DNA of 64,000 nt from Bacteroidota bacterium. GTDB taxonomy: Bacteria > Bacteroidota > Bacteroidia > Chitinophagales > Chitinophagaceae. Made by a program: the position numbers and the translations under genes. The stretch covers positions 6,622 to 70,621 of the forward strand of contig CANFOM010000012.1 of NCBI GenBank assembly GCA_947448725.1. Direction: 5' to 3'. The notes below the pieces were generated by a model. The model was not told the DNA's origin, did not search any database, and saw only the letters and a list, made by a program, of their open reading frames with translations. Shown here in pieces: positions 37,971 through 50,487 of this stretch; the first letter of the stretch is position 1, and every line of letters begins with the position of its first letter.

Positions 37971-38822
37971 ATGAAATTTATTTTGCCTTTTTTATTATTA
38001 AGCACCCTTACTGTAATTGGACAAAAGCCGAGCAAAGAAGCTTGGGAAAGCATGTTTAATGGTAAAGATTTAACTGGATGGACACCCAAAATTAGGTATG
38101 CCGCATCCGGCGATAATGTTAAAAATACTTTCAGAGTCGTTGATGGTAAACTAGCTGTTAGCTATGATCAATATGATAAGTTTAATGAACAATTTGGTCA
38201 TTTATTTTATAATAAAAAATTCAGCTATTACCATATCAAATTAAAATACAGATTCATAGGCGATCAAGCAAAAGATGGACCAGGTTGGGCCTATCGAAAT
38301 AGTGGCATTATGATACATGGGCAATCGCCTGAATCTATGGGCAAGGATCAGGATTTTCCTATTTCCATTGAAGTACAATTACTTGGCGGTAATGGAAAAG
38401 ACAAACGCCCCACTTGTAATTTATGTACACCTGGAACCAATGTCGAAATGAATGGAAAATTATTCAAGCCTCATTGTATTAATTCAACATCAGAAACTTA
38501 TCATGGAGATCAGTGGGTTACTGCCGAAGTAATTGTATTAGGTGATTCTATTGTACAACATTTTGCTAATAATAAAATGGTACTATCTTATCAAAAGCCA
38601 CAAATTGGTGGCGGTAATGTAAGCGGACAAGATATTATTTATGGTTCCGAAGGTCAACTATTAACCGAGGGATCCATTTCCTTACAAAGCGAAAGCCACC
38701 CTGTTGAATTTAAAAGTATTGAAATTTTAAACTTGGAGGGTTGCATGGATCCCACTGCTAGTAATTACAAAACTTACTATATCAAATCCAAACCAAGCGA
38801 TTGTCAATATTCTAAAAAATAA
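37971..38822 (+). CDS. DUF1080 (3-keto-disaccharide hydrolase-like) domain protein
   Basis: 283-aa ORF with a signal peptide. Pattern W..MFNGKDLTGW, YRNSGIMIHG, IEVQLLGG and SESHPVEFKSIEI. Confidence 0.75.
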   Translation: MKFILPFLLLSTLTVIGQKPSKEAWESMFNGKDLTGWTPKIRYAASGDNVKNTFRVVDGKLAVSYDQYDKFNEQFGHLFYNKKFSYYHIKLKYRFIGDQAKDGPGWAYRNSGIMIHGQSPESMGKDQDFPISIEVQLLGGNGKDKRPTCNLCTPGTNVEMNGKLFKPHCINSTSETYHGDQWVTAEVIVLGDSIVQHFANNKMVLSYQKPQIGGGNVSGQDIIYGSEGQLLTEGSISLQSESHPVEFKSIEILNLEGCMDPTASNYKTYYIKSKPSDCQYSKK

Positions 38823-38825
38823 ACA

Positions 38826-38870
38826 AAGGCCGAAATAAAATAAGCAATTAACTATTTTTATTTCGGCCTT
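38826..38870. terminator. Bidirectional terminator hairpin with a perfect 15-bp stem
   Basis: AAGGCCGAAATAAAA (38826-38840) pairs with TTTTATTTCGGCCTT (38856-38870) across a 15-nt loop. Lies between convergent genes. Confidence 0.75.
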
Positions 38871-38895
38871 AAACTACTTAAAAGTTATTTTAAAA

Positions 38896-39720
38896 TTAGA
38901 ACTTAGAAAATATTTTTATCAATTGCTTCCCAATAAGTTCATTTCCTTTATCTGAAGGATGTAAGCCATCGTAAGTCATATTAACCGCTTCCACTGGATA
39001 AGGGTACTCATCTTTTTCAGCATTAAAAGGAATATCTATAAAATCAGGGTAAGGATAATTTTTATACAAGCCTGTTGCAGGATCTTTTAGGCGTTTAAAG
39101 TTCACAAGCTGTTGATGATCCATCCCTTTAGCATGGTATAAATCTACCACCGAAAAATGCTCGTATTTTGCAATGGCCACTACGGCATCCGCAAACTTTT
39201 CTAACAGTTGGCCATTTTTATCTTTGTAAGATCCATAAGCATTGTTTTTAAAATTACTAAAGTATACAAAATCTACCCGCTGCATTGGCGTAATTAAAAT
39301 AATTTTCGCATCGGCATTTAAACTGCGCAATTTATTTACAATGGTTCTAAAGGCACCCTGCACAGTTGAATTTCCAGTATTATTTTCATAATCACTAAAG
39401 TTACCGAGTGGCTTACCACCCCACCAATCATTGGTTCCTAAAAAAACAGAATACACATCTGCTTTTGCCAAACCAAGTTGATCAATTTGAGTAGCAATTT
39501 GAACAGCCGTCCAGCCATTATGGCCTTGATTGGTATAATGAATATTGGGCAATTTTTCCACTACCCTAGTCATATAACCCTTAGTAACGCGATTACCTGT
39601 TTCATCGGCATGTTCATTCAAATAAGTGATGGAATCGCCAATGGCTACCCAAGAAATCTCTTTGGGCGTAAAAGAAAATTGGAACACAATGAAAGTGGCG
39701 AGTAGAAGTAACTTTCTCAT
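38896..39720 (-). CDS. SGNH/GDSL hydrolase (esterase)
   Basis: 274-aa ORF. Block I AIGDSITY, block III GTNDW, block V DGLHPSDKG. Confidence 0.8.
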   Translation of the reverse strand: MRKLLLLATFIVFQFSFTPKEISWVAIGDSITYLNEHADETGNRVTKGYMTRVVEKLPNIHYTNQGHNGWTAVQIATQIDQLGLAKADVYSVFLGTNDWWGGKPLGNFSDYENNTGNSTVQGAFRTIVNKLRSLNADAKIILITPMQRVDFVYFSNFKNNAYGSYKDKNGQLLEKFADAVVAIAKYEHFSVVDLYHAKGMDHQQLVNFKRLKDPATGLYKNYPYPDFIDIPFNAEKDEYPYPVEAVNMTYDGLHPSDKGNELIGKQLIKIFSKF

Positions 39721-39857
39721 TTAGCCTTTATTTAGTTTTTAAAAAATATTTTATTGCCTAGTTGCCAAAATTGATAACAAAATGCAGTTGTAAGTTCTCA
39801 TAATATTCTAACAATCCATCAAAATAGTTAGTATATTTATTACTATAAATTAATTCT

Positions 39858-41381
39858 ATGAAAAAAATAACACTTGTCTTCATGCTACTAGTGAGCTTTG
39901 TTTTTTGTTCGCCATTTTTGCGCGCACAAAATGGCTTAAAAGACTCATTATCAATTCCCTTAGAAGAAAAATCAGTTACACATCATGTGGTTACCATTGA
40001 TGGCAAAACCATCAATTATACCGCCACAGCGGGTGCCCTAATTTTAAGAAATGACCAAGATGAACCCATTGCTTTTTATGGCTATACAGCCTACACAAAA
40101 GATGGACAATCTGAAATGGACAAAAGACCAGTCTCTTTCTCTTACAATGGAGGTCCAGGTTCCTCTTCTATGTGGTTGCACATGGGCGCTATGGGGCCAA
40201 AACGAGTTGTATTAAATGATCCTTATGACAATCGTCCTCCCCCTTATAAATTAGAAGACAATCAGTTTTCAATATTAGACGTAAGCGATGTTGTTATGAT
40301 AGATCCAGTAGGAACTGGTTTAAGTAAAGCCATTGGCAAAGCTGCTAATAAAGATTTTTGGGGCGTAGATGGCGATATCAAATCGGTAAGTGGTTTTATT
40401 AAACAATATATTAACGAGAACAATAGATGGAATTCTCCAAAATACCTAATGGGAGAAAGCTATGGCACCATGCGTAGTGCAGGCGTGGCCAATTACTTAC
40501 AAGAAAATTTAGGTATTGCAGTAAATGGAATTGTATTAATATCTACCGTATTGGATATGCGTACGCTTACTTTCCAACAAGGAGATGATATTTCTTATAT
40601 TTTAAATCTTCCTACTTATGCAGTAGCTGCTTGGTATCACAATAAAATAAATAATAAGCCAAAAGAAATTGGAACTGTTGCAGAGGAAGCCAGAAAATTT
40701 GCTGCTGGAGCTTATGCAAGTGCCTTAATGAAAGGATCTGATTTATCTGACAGTGAAAAAGAATCTATCGCAACTCAAGTAGCTGCTCTTACAGGATTAA
40801 GTAAAGAATATGTTTTAAAAGCAAACCTACGTATCAATGAACCTCAATTCACCGAAGAACTTTTAAGAAGCGAACATTTAACAGTTGGAAGATTGGATGC
40901 AAGATACAAAGGCATCAATCAAAATTTATTAAGTGAAGGTTCTTCTTATGATCCGCAAAGTGCAAATATTAGCCTACCCTATATTGCTACTTTTTCTGAT
41001 TATTACTACAATGAATTAAAAGTGAGTAAAAAATTGACATATAAAACTTCGGCCTATTCTACGCCTGGTTTTAATTGGGATTGGAAACACGATAAAAATA
41101 ATAATGGTGACGCAGTTACACCCAATACAGCGGTTGATTTAGCCGAAGCAATGAGTCATAACCCTAATTTAAAAGTATTGGCCTTGAACGGATATTATGA
41201 TTTAGCAACTCCATTTTTTGCTGCAGAATATACATTTAAGCACATGGGACTAGAAAAAAGAATTCAAGATAATTTTACATTAAAATATTATGAAGCGGGG
41301 CATATGATGTATATCGATCCAGCTTCTGGCAAACAATTCAAAAAAGACATTGTTGCGTTTATTAAAGAAACTACAAAATAG
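39858..41381 (+). CDS. Peptidase S10-type serine carboxypeptidase, secreted
   Basis: 507-aa ORF with a signal peptide. Motifs YNGGPGSSSMW and GESYGT, with a C-terminal His context EAGHMMY. Confidence 0.8.
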   Translation: MKKITLVFMLLVSFVFCSPFLRAQNGLKDSLSIPLEEKSVTHHVVTIDGKTINYTATAGALILRNDQDEPIAFYGYTAYTKDGQSEMDKRPVSFSYNGGPGSSSMWLHMGAMGPKRVVLNDPYDNRPPPYKLEDNQFSILDVSDVVMIDPVGTGLSKAIGKAANKDFWGVDGDIKSVSGFIKQYINENNRWNSPKYLMGESYGTMRSAGVANYLQENLGIAVNGIVLISTVLDMRTLTFQQGDDISYILNLPTYAVAAWYHNKINNKPKEIGTVAEEARKFAAGAYASALMKGSDLSDSEKESIATQVAALTGLSKEYVLKANLRINEPQFTEELLRSEHLTVGRLDARYKGINQNLLSEGSSYDPQSANISLPYIATFSDYYYNELKVSKKLTYKTSAYSTPGFNWDWKHDKNNNGDAVTPNTAVDLAEAMSHNPNLKVLALNGYYDLATPFFAAEYTFKHMGLEKRIQDNFTLKYYEAGHMMYIDPASGKQFKKDIVAFIKETTK

Positions 41382-41423
41382 TTTTACTATCCTTTAACTT
41401 TGATGAATGAATTGAACAAGTCC

Positions 41424-41456
41424 AAAAAAAGGCCTCTAGCAATAGAGGCCTTTTTT
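41424..41456. terminator. Bidirectional rho-independent terminator
   Basis: A7 tract, stem GGCCTCT (41431-41437), 6-nt loop, stem AGAGGCC (41444-41450), T6 tract. Lies between convergent genes. Confidence 0.8.
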
Positions 41457-41457
41457 A

Positions 41458-43032
41458 TTAATTTAATTTCTTAAAATCAAGATCTTGAAAATCAAAGCTA
41501 AAATCAGTGAGCGGAGAAATAGCATTCATTTTTATTCCAGAAGGTTTGCCATCTTTATCAGTGCTAAACATCACAAAAGCATCTGCATCCATACTTCTGT
41601 CAGTCCAACGAACAATGAGTGTGTTGCCTTTATAGGAGAATAAGGATCCATTTAGTTTAGGCGATCTCTTAGAAACTAACCATGGCTTCCCGTCTTTTAT
41701 AGAAATCTCTACCTCGCCAAACCACGGATCGATGTATTTACCCAAATATGGTTCAATATTAAAAACGCCAGCACTTTTTTTAGTTTGCTCAATAATTGTA
41801 TTGGCAACTGCATCGTTTATTTTTTTTGCTTCTGCTTTACCTTTAGCTACACGATCGGCAAAAAACTTTACCCAATCCTGCCCTTTTACGCCTAAATAAC
41901 CATCTTTAATGGTATTACTGATGGCACTAAAAGCAGCTCCTATTTGTTGATTGGTAAGTACTATTATTCCTAAATTAAGTTCAGGTATCATTACCACTTG
42001 CGTAACTATTCCAGCCAATCCGCCCGTATGGGTTATTTGTTTGTATCCTTTAACATCGCTCAAAAACCATCCAAGTCCATAGGCTGCAAAATGAGTATTG
42101 TAGGGCGCTATGGTTGTTGCTCCAATAATGGTTTGAGGACTCCACATTTCTTCGTGAACATTTTCACTAAATAAAGTTTGCTTTAACCCTTCTCCGTATT
42201 TGCCATGATTCATTTGCAAAATCACCCACTTGCTCTCATCTACAATATTACTCCAAATACCCCCCGCCGCGTTGGCAGATTCGCTCCAATCAATATCAAT
42301 CGTTTCTACTTTCCCATCAACAGGTGCATGAGGTCGAATACTATTGGTATTGTCTTTTAACCGGGCTACAGAAGCAGCACTATTTTTAAACCCAAGTGGC
42401 TGCATTATTCTTTTTTCAATAAAATCTTCCCAGCTACTACCAGAAACCTTTGCTACCACTTCCCCTGCAACAATGTATAAATTATTATCATAATCATATT
42501 TAGTTCTAAAACTAGACACTTGTTTAAGGTATCTTAAATTATGAATGATGTCTTTTTTTGTAAAATCACTTTGATCCGGAAACATCATTAAATCGCCTGC
42601 TCCTAAACCAAGGCCACTCCTATGTGTAAGTAAATCACGAATAGTAAATTCTTCGGTGACATAGGGATTGTACATTTTAAATTCGGGAATATAGTCAGTA
42701 ACCTTATCGTCCCATTTAATTTTTCCTTCATCTACCAACATGCCCAATGCTGCTGCTGTATAGGACTTACTATTGGAAGCAATACCAAATAAAGTATACT
42801 CATCTACCTTTTTACCTGTTTTTAAATTGGCAATGCCGTATCCTTTTGAATGAATTAAATGCCCATCCTTAATAATCCCTACAGCAATACCTGGCACATC
42901 AAATGTTTTTAAAGTTAGTTCCACTAATGAATCTACTTGTTTGCTTGATAAAGTTTGAGCATTGGCCGAGATAGTAAATAGTATCAATAAGCTACCTATA
43001 CTAAATGCGAAATTCCTAATTGATTTTTTCAT
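41458..43032 (-). CDS. Serine hydrolase of the beta-lactamase / class C family with an extra C-terminal domain
   Basis: 524-aa ORF with a signal peptide. S-x-x-K motif (IASNSKSYT), YxN-like region and HTGG triad equivalent. Confidence 0.85.
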   Translation of the reverse strand: MKKSIRNFAFSIGSLLILFTISANAQTLSSKQVDSLVELTLKTFDVPGIAVGIIKDGHLIHSKGYGIANLKTGKKVDEYTLFGIASNSKSYTAAALGMLVDEGKIKWDDKVTDYIPEFKMYNPYVTEEFTIRDLLTHRSGLGLGAGDLMMFPDQSDFTKKDIIHNLRYLKQVSSFRTKYDYDNNLYIVAGEVVAKVSGSSWEDFIEKRIMQPLGFKNSAASVARLKDNTNSIRPHAPVDGKVETIDIDWSESANAAGGIWSNIVDESKWVILQMNHGKYGEGLKQTLFSENVHEEMWSPQTIIGATTIAPYNTHFAAYGLGWFLSDVKGYKQITHTGGLAGIVTQVVMIPELNLGIIVLTNQQIGAAFSAISNTIKDGYLGVKGQDWVKFFADRVAKGKAEAKKINDAVANTIIEQTKKSAGVFNIEPYLGKYIDPWFGEVEISIKDGKPWLVSKRSPKLNGSLFSYKGNTLIVRWTDRSMDADAFVMFSTDKDGKPSGIKMNAISPLTDFSFDFQDLDFKKLN

Positions 43033-43059
43033 ATCGAATTATTATGATGATACAATATT

Positions 43060-45426
43060 TTATAAAATTACTTCCATTCGCTTACCTGTAAAATGCACTG
43101 TTTTTACAGTGCCCTCAGGAATTAGTTGCACTTTAAATATACGATCAGGAACCTGACTAGAGGAACCTTTTGGTGCACCCAATTCAATAGTGAGTTTTTT
43201 TGCTTTATCGTTCCAAGTAATATGCGTCCAAGTAGCTTTACCTTTTAAGTAATCCTGACTGATGCCATCATCTTCATACAATGTAAACTGGCCATCAGCA
43301 CCAGGATACACTTTTAAAGTAGTAGGCTCTTTCACCACTTCTGCAGTGTATTGCCTAATTGGATCAAATGGAATAATGGCACCAGCACGAACATAAATGG
43401 GCATGGTACTTAAATCTACTTCAGGTTTAATAGTTTGCCCACCTGTTTGTTTTGTATTTGTCCACCAGTCGTACCAATCCCCTTTTGGAAGATATACTTC
43501 ACGAGTAGTAGCTCCTTTTTCAAAGACAGGCGCAATCAACATATCTCGACCCCATAGGTATTCGCTACCCATGTTTTTCACTTGTTGGTCATTTGGATAA
43601 TGCAACCATAAAGCCCTCATTAAAGGCATTCCAGTATTACGTGCTTCCCAAGCCAAAGTATAAGTATAAGGCAATAGTTGGTAATGGAGTTCTGTATATT
43701 TTTTGGTGATAGGTTCAATGGTGGGATTGTTCATCTCCGTTTGAAGAATATTTCTTTTATCATCAGCAGTAGGCGTATTGCTATTATTGTTCTCACGCGG
43801 TCCCATATCTTTTAAACCCCAACCCCAAGGAAGGGTTGTCATCCAAGTTCTTCCATGTGATCTAAAAGAGGCACAGAAGGCTCCGAACTGATACCAACGC
43901 GCATATAATTCTCCGGTTTTTTCAGCGTTAGCATAAAATCCTCCTATATCCGATCCCCAAAAAGGAGCTATGCTTAAAGAATAATTAATCCCTACAGCAA
44001 CTTGACCTTCTAATGTTTTCCATGATGACTCTGTATCACCAGACCATACCCAACCACCCCATTGTGCAATACCAGGAAAACCATTTCTATGAAGACTCCA
44101 TGGACGAATTGTAGGATGGGTAGATAGATGGCCCTGATAATATAATTGATGACGCTTGATTCTTTCAAAAAGATTAAACCAATCTCCTTCATCGGGCCAG
44201 AAAGCATCTACACCAACATTTAAAAGATTTACGTGTTGTTGCCAGTAGTTCTTAATATGCGAATCATCTAAAATTTCCCCAGCTTTAGCAGGAATAGATC
44301 CATGAAGTGTTGGCAATTTATCTCTATCCCATGGAACCATATGTACAACAACTTTTGCATTGCGCTCATGCATTGCTTCAATGACCGTTTTAGGATCATG
44401 TTTAAAAACTTCTGGATTGAATTCAAAAGAAGGCTGCTTTTTATTCCAACCCTTTGGCGTAAAACCAGTGCCTAAATAAATTACTGCATCTAATGGAATT
44501 TTTTTTGCACGGAAGGAATCAATGATGCCCACCATTTGCGTGTCATTATCTAATGTTCGATGAGATTGCATATAACCCAGCGCCCATTTAGGCGGCATAG
44601 CAGCTGGCCCTGTGACCACAGAAAAATCTTTCATAAATTTTGCAGGGTCATGAGCATCAAAAACAAAAAAATCATATAAGCCAGCAACAATTTTATCAAT
44701 AGGAGGAAGCCCTTTACCTTGATTAAGACCCTGGTTGGTTTCGGTCTGTGGAATAATTTCCTTACCTGTAGGTTTCCAAGGAATAAATACCCCTTTTTTT
44801 TTATTTTGAAGATCTACTTGGACCCAAGGAGTAGCAACAAAAATTCCCCAACCTTCTGTTCCAATTAGCACTGCCGCAGGGTTACGAGAGCCATAAGCAT
44901 CACTCTGCCAACGTGGCTGCATTTTATGAAAGCGACCACGACGATCAAATTCAATAGGAAGATTGCGCCAATTAGCGCCTACTTCAGGCTTTGGTCCACC
45001 CTCACCCATACCTAATACTGGTTCATCATTCAATGGGAAAGACATATTCCCATCTTGATCAAAAATAATTTCTTGCACCCTTTCTCCTTTTGCATTTTTA
45101 ACCAATACTGCTAATGGATTAAACCTTACTTCAACAAGAAGTTTTCCCACTTGCTTCCTAACTACTTTACTACCCTCGCGCAAACTTATAGCAGGGGTAG
45201 GATAAACACGTTCGGCCACGCCAGGATTAAAAGGAAAATTATCTTTAAAACTGATAGGTTTTAGCGTAACACGAATACTGTTTTCTCCGGCAACCCTAAT
45301 ATCAAGTTGTGCCGGTTCACCCGCAGTTTTGATGATTTGTGCTTGTAAAGATGAGTTGCCCCAAAGCAAACATCCCATCAATAAAAACTTGTACAAATTC
45401 GAGGTAAAGTATTTTCTCCTATTCAT
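43060..45426 (-). CDS. Glycoside hydrolase family 31 (alpha-glucosidase/alpha-xylosidase type)
   Basis: 788-aa ORF with a signal peptide. Nucleophile region GVDAFWPDEGDW (compare YicI VDCFKTDFGE). RSHG.. acid/base region. Confidence 0.85.
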   Translation of the reverse strand: MNRRKYFTSNLYKFLLMGCLLWGNSSLQAQIIKTAGEPAQLDIRVAGENSIRVTLKPISFKDNFPFNPGVAERVYPTPAISLREGSKVVRKQVGKLLVEVRFNPLAVLVKNAKGERVQEIIFDQDGNMSFPLNDEPVLGMGEGGPKPEVGANWRNLPIEFDRRGRFHKMQPRWQSDAYGSRNPAAVLIGTEGWGIFVATPWVQVDLQNKKKGVFIPWKPTGKEIIPQTETNQGLNQGKGLPPIDKIVAGLYDFFVFDAHDPAKFMKDFSVVTGPAAMPPKWALGYMQSHRTLDNDTQMVGIIDSFRAKKIPLDAVIYLGTGFTPKGWNKKQPSFEFNPEVFKHDPKTVIEAMHERNAKVVVHMVPWDRDKLPTLHGSIPAKAGEILDDSHIKNYWQQHVNLLNVGVDAFWPDEGDWFNLFERIKRHQLYYQGHLSTHPTIRPWSLHRNGFPGIAQWGGWVWSGDTESSWKTLEGQVAVGINYSLSIAPFWGSDIGGFYANAEKTGELYARWYQFGAFCASFRSHGRTWMTTLPWGWGLKDMGPRENNNSNTPTADDKRNILQTEMNNPTIEPITKKYTELHYQLLPYTYTLAWEARNTGMPLMRALWLHYPNDQQVKNMGSEYLWGRDMLIAPVFEKGATTREVYLPKGDWYDWWTNTKQTGGQTIKPEVDLSTMPIYVRAGAIIPFDPIRQYTAEVVKEPTTLKVYPGADGQFTLYEDDGISQDYLKGKATWTHITWNDKAKKLTIELGAPKGSSSQVPDRIFKVQLIPEGTVKTVHFTGKRMEVIL

Positions 45427-45482
45427 AGCTAATGGTATTATTATTTAAATATTTATTCTATTTTTTAATAAAAATTACAAAT

Positions 45483-47408
<1,926 letters not shown>

Positions 47409-47429
47409 TTATTATTTTTTTATATTTTA

Positions 47430-49622
47430 TTATTTAATATCAAAAACGCTTAGCTCGTAAATTGACCAATGATATAAACTATCTGTTCCATTTTGATTGA
47501 CCCTAATATATCGGGCAAACTGTGTCGGAAAAGAAATTTCAGTGATGCCTAAAGTTCCAGCTCCAGTTGCTATAGGCTTGGTCCAATTGATACCATTATT
47601 AGAAACTTCAACTGAATAGTTTTTGGGTGAATCCCATAAAGCCCAGGTATTATCTAATTCAATTTTATTAAAGCGCTGTTTTTGTTTCATATCTAGTTTA
47701 AACCATTGACCCTTATATTGTTTTTGCGTAATGTCGCGCCAACCAGTCCAATGATCACCATCAATTGCATTATTGGCCGAGACTTGTATCGGAATTTTAT
47801 CATCTGTAAATAGGTATACGCTATCATTAACAGAGGCGATTGCGGTCCAGTTATTTTTATTAAGCGGAATTGCTGCTACATTATTTTTAGCAGGGGATTT
47901 TGGGGTATTTATATTTACGATTCCACTTGCTAAAAACTGCCAGTCGCCTGCATTTGTTTCGAACATAATATAATTTTCATCCTCGCCATAAAAGCGAACG
48001 TCTTTTACTTGATTTAAAAATTGTTTATCCCATATAAGCTTGCCATTGAGGCTGATGGTTTGAAGTTTAGTAAATGATTTTTTTGGAATTCCCACTACCG
48101 ATTTACTGAGTTTAGGGGTGTGAAGCTTAAGTGAATAATTATTATTTGTTTTAATAATATTAACTGATATGCTACCAATAATAGCTGGAACAACCACTTT
48201 AATAGTACGTAAAAAACTTTCTTTAGGCAGCACCTGAAATGTTTTCCAACCTGCTTCAATAGGCTTAATGCCCGCAATGGTTTGTGAGAGATTTATTACC
48301 GGAGGATTCCAACCATGATTAAGGGATGACCCCTCATCAAAAGCATCAATTCTGGATGCCCACCACCTATCGTAATGCTCCCAAAGTGTAGAAAAACTAG
48401 CAGGAATCATTGTTTTGTATCTATTAAACATTCTAAGTAATGCATATTCCTCTTTCCCTATAGTACAAAGTGCTTCAAAAACCCATCTATCAAAAAAACA
48501 GCTGGAGAAGGTTTTTTTAGTTAAAACAAAATCATAAATAGAATTCCACTTAGTTCGATCCGCTAAGCCTGCATTGATGGCCATAGCATTTGCCCTGTCA
48601 TCTGGCTCAGTAACTTGATCAGACATATAATAATTTCCCTTCCAATACTTTTTATCAAAAGTAGTTTTAATACTATCCATTTTAGTATTAATGATAATCG
48701 TGTCTGCTAAATGCCCTGTAACCAATGCCATCTTTTTTAGGGTACCCAAATCTATATACATAAAACATTTTTCAATAATGGCGACATCTTTATTTTCTTT
48801 CCCCCAATCAAACCATTGATTTTTCTTGCCAAACTGATAGGTATTAAACAAAAAGTTTTTTGTAGTCGAATATACCTTTTTGATAGAAGCAATATCACCT
48901 GTTTGTAAATAATAATACCATAAGCCATATTCACCTAAAAATTCTAACTGTTGTCCTGGATAAAATTTAGCATCTAAGGGTCTTAAAACTAATTCCTTAG
49001 CAAGTTGGTGGCTATTCTTATCAAATGCATAAAAACATTGATTTAACTCTGGGGTACCATCGCCCCAAAAGCCCACACGCTCTCTATCGGGACAGTCATA
49101 ATACCAATCTCGCATACACAAATAAGCGGTTCTCGCCCCTTTTTTCCAAAGAATATTATAGTCATTATCGTTGCACTCAAATGATCCAGTAAATTTAGTG
49201 TCATACCCTGTTTCACGATATTTTACCGATTTAACTACTGCGCCAGCAGGTATGGTATAAATGGCCCCTTCCCCACTGACCCAATTTTTTGCCTCATAGG
49301 TTTCGGAACGTTTTTTTGCAACAAAACTTTCAGTTGGTGTTAAATAAAGTACAAGTGGATTACTTGAATTTAAATGAATTGTTTTGCCTTGTGCATTTTC
49401 TACCTCTATCCATGGTTGAAAATGGCAATTGTAAGGTAATTTTCCTACCAATGTCCAAGGAACAGAATCAGTATAGGGTAGTGTTTTATTAAGTGATACA
49501 TATTTTTTTAACCCATAGTTTTTAATAGCAGGATGGGTAAAGTTGTCATTTGTTTGCGCATACCCAGTTAAATGTAGAAAAAAAAGTAAAAATGAAACAG
49601 GAAATAGGATCTTAAAGGACAT
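47430..49622 (-). CDS. GH78-like six-hairpin glycosidase (alpha-L-rhamnosidase family) with a C-terminal F5/8 type C (discoidin/CBM32) domain
   Basis: 730-aa ORF with a signal peptide. DCPDRERVGFWGD matches the GH78 catalytic-domain signature as I recall it. C-terminal NAIDGDHWTGWRD..WFKLDM is discoidin-like. Confidence 0.6.
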   Translation of the reverse strand: MSFKILFPVSFLLFFLHLTGYAQTNDNFTHPAIKNYGLKKYVSLNKTLPYTDSVPWTLVGKLPYNCHFQPWIEVENAQGKTIHLNSSNPLVLYLTPTESFVAKKRSETYEAKNWVSGEGAIYTIPAGAVVKSVKYRETGYDTKFTGSFECNDNDYNILWKKGARTAYLCMRDWYYDCPDRERVGFWGDGTPELNQCFYAFDKNSHQLAKELVLRPLDAKFYPGQQLEFLGEYGLWYYYLQTGDIASIKKVYSTTKNFLFNTYQFGKKNQWFDWGKENKDVAIIEKCFMYIDLGTLKKMALVTGHLADTIIINTKMDSIKTTFDKKYWKGNYYMSDQVTEPDDRANAMAINAGLADRTKWNSIYDFVLTKKTFSSCFFDRWVFEALCTIGKEEYALLRMFNRYKTMIPASFSTLWEHYDRWWASRIDAFDEGSSLNHGWNPPVINLSQTIAGIKPIEAGWKTFQVLPKESFLRTIKVVVPAIIGSISVNIIKTNNNYSLKLHTPKLSKSVVGIPKKSFTKLQTISLNGKLIWDKQFLNQVKDVRFYGEDENYIMFETNAGDWQFLASGIVNINTPKSPAKNNVAAIPLNKNNWTAIASVNDSVYLFTDDKIPIQVSANNAIDGDHWTGWRDITQKQYKGQWFKLDMKQKQRFNKIELDNTWALWDSPKNYSVEVSNNGINWTKPIATGAGTLGITEISFPTQFARYIRVNQNGTDSLYHWSIYELSVFDIK

Positions 49623-49953
49623 AAATAAAGGTTTAATTAATTATTTTTAACCCAAGTACTATTAAATTTAACCAAAAATCACAATTAAAAAAAATAATAC
49701 TCTAATTGAATAAAGTGTTTATGATAGCTGGTAAAGAATAACTTTTGGGAGATGTTTGAATTTTTAAAATTGATTATATTTTATGAATTAAAAGGGTTTA
49801 ATATTAGCAAATATTAAAAATATTACTTACTTTAAAGAAATAAATAACCACATCAATGCATCCGTTATTTTTAGAATTAATCCAATCATATAACACATAA
49901 ACACTTATTTAATCATTGAAATAGACTATCCTCTATTTCTAAATCAAAAATGT

Positions 49954-50472
49954 ATGAAAAAATATTATACAATCTTAGCGCTACTTTTAACTAGTATTTT
50001 TTGTCAAGCACAAAGTCCAGAACAGAATTTAAAATCACTTGGCATAACCCTTCAACAACCCAATGCACCAATTGCTAACTATGTCAATTATGTTAGAACA
50101 GGAAACTTAATCTATTTTTCGGGATCAGGAACTGACAAAGCCTATGAGGGTGTAACTAAAGGAAAATTGGGCAAAGATGTAACAATTGAAGAAGGCAGAG
50201 AAGCAGCAAGACATACAGGAATTAATTTAATTGCTAGTTTGAAATATGCTATTGGGGATTTAAATAAAGTAAAAAGAATTGTAAAAGTATTTGGAATGGT
50301 CAATAGCACGGAAACATTTACAGATCAACCAAAAGTTATCAATGGATTTTCAGATTTAATGGTTGAAGTATTTGGGGAAAAGGGTAAACATGCAAGATCT
50401 GCAGTTGGAATGATTGCACTCCCAATGAATATGGCTGTAGAAATTGAAATGATAGTTGAGGTAGAAAATTAA
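49954..50472 (+). CDS. RidA/YjgF family protein with an N-terminal signal peptide
   Basis: 172-aa ORF. Signal peptide ending ..FCQAQS. RidA core (GNLIYFSG.., ARSAVG..LP....VEIE). Confidence 0.8.
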   Translation: MKKYYTILALLLTSIFCQAQSPEQNLKSLGITLQQPNAPIANYVNYVRTGNLIYFSGSGTDKAYEGVTKGKLGKDVTIEEGREAARHTGINLIASLKYAIGDLNKVKRIVKVFGMVNSTETFTDQPKVINGFSDLMVEVFGEKGKHARSAVGMIALPMNMAVEIEMIVEVEN

Positions 50473-50487
50473 TCCTCAATAATTATC

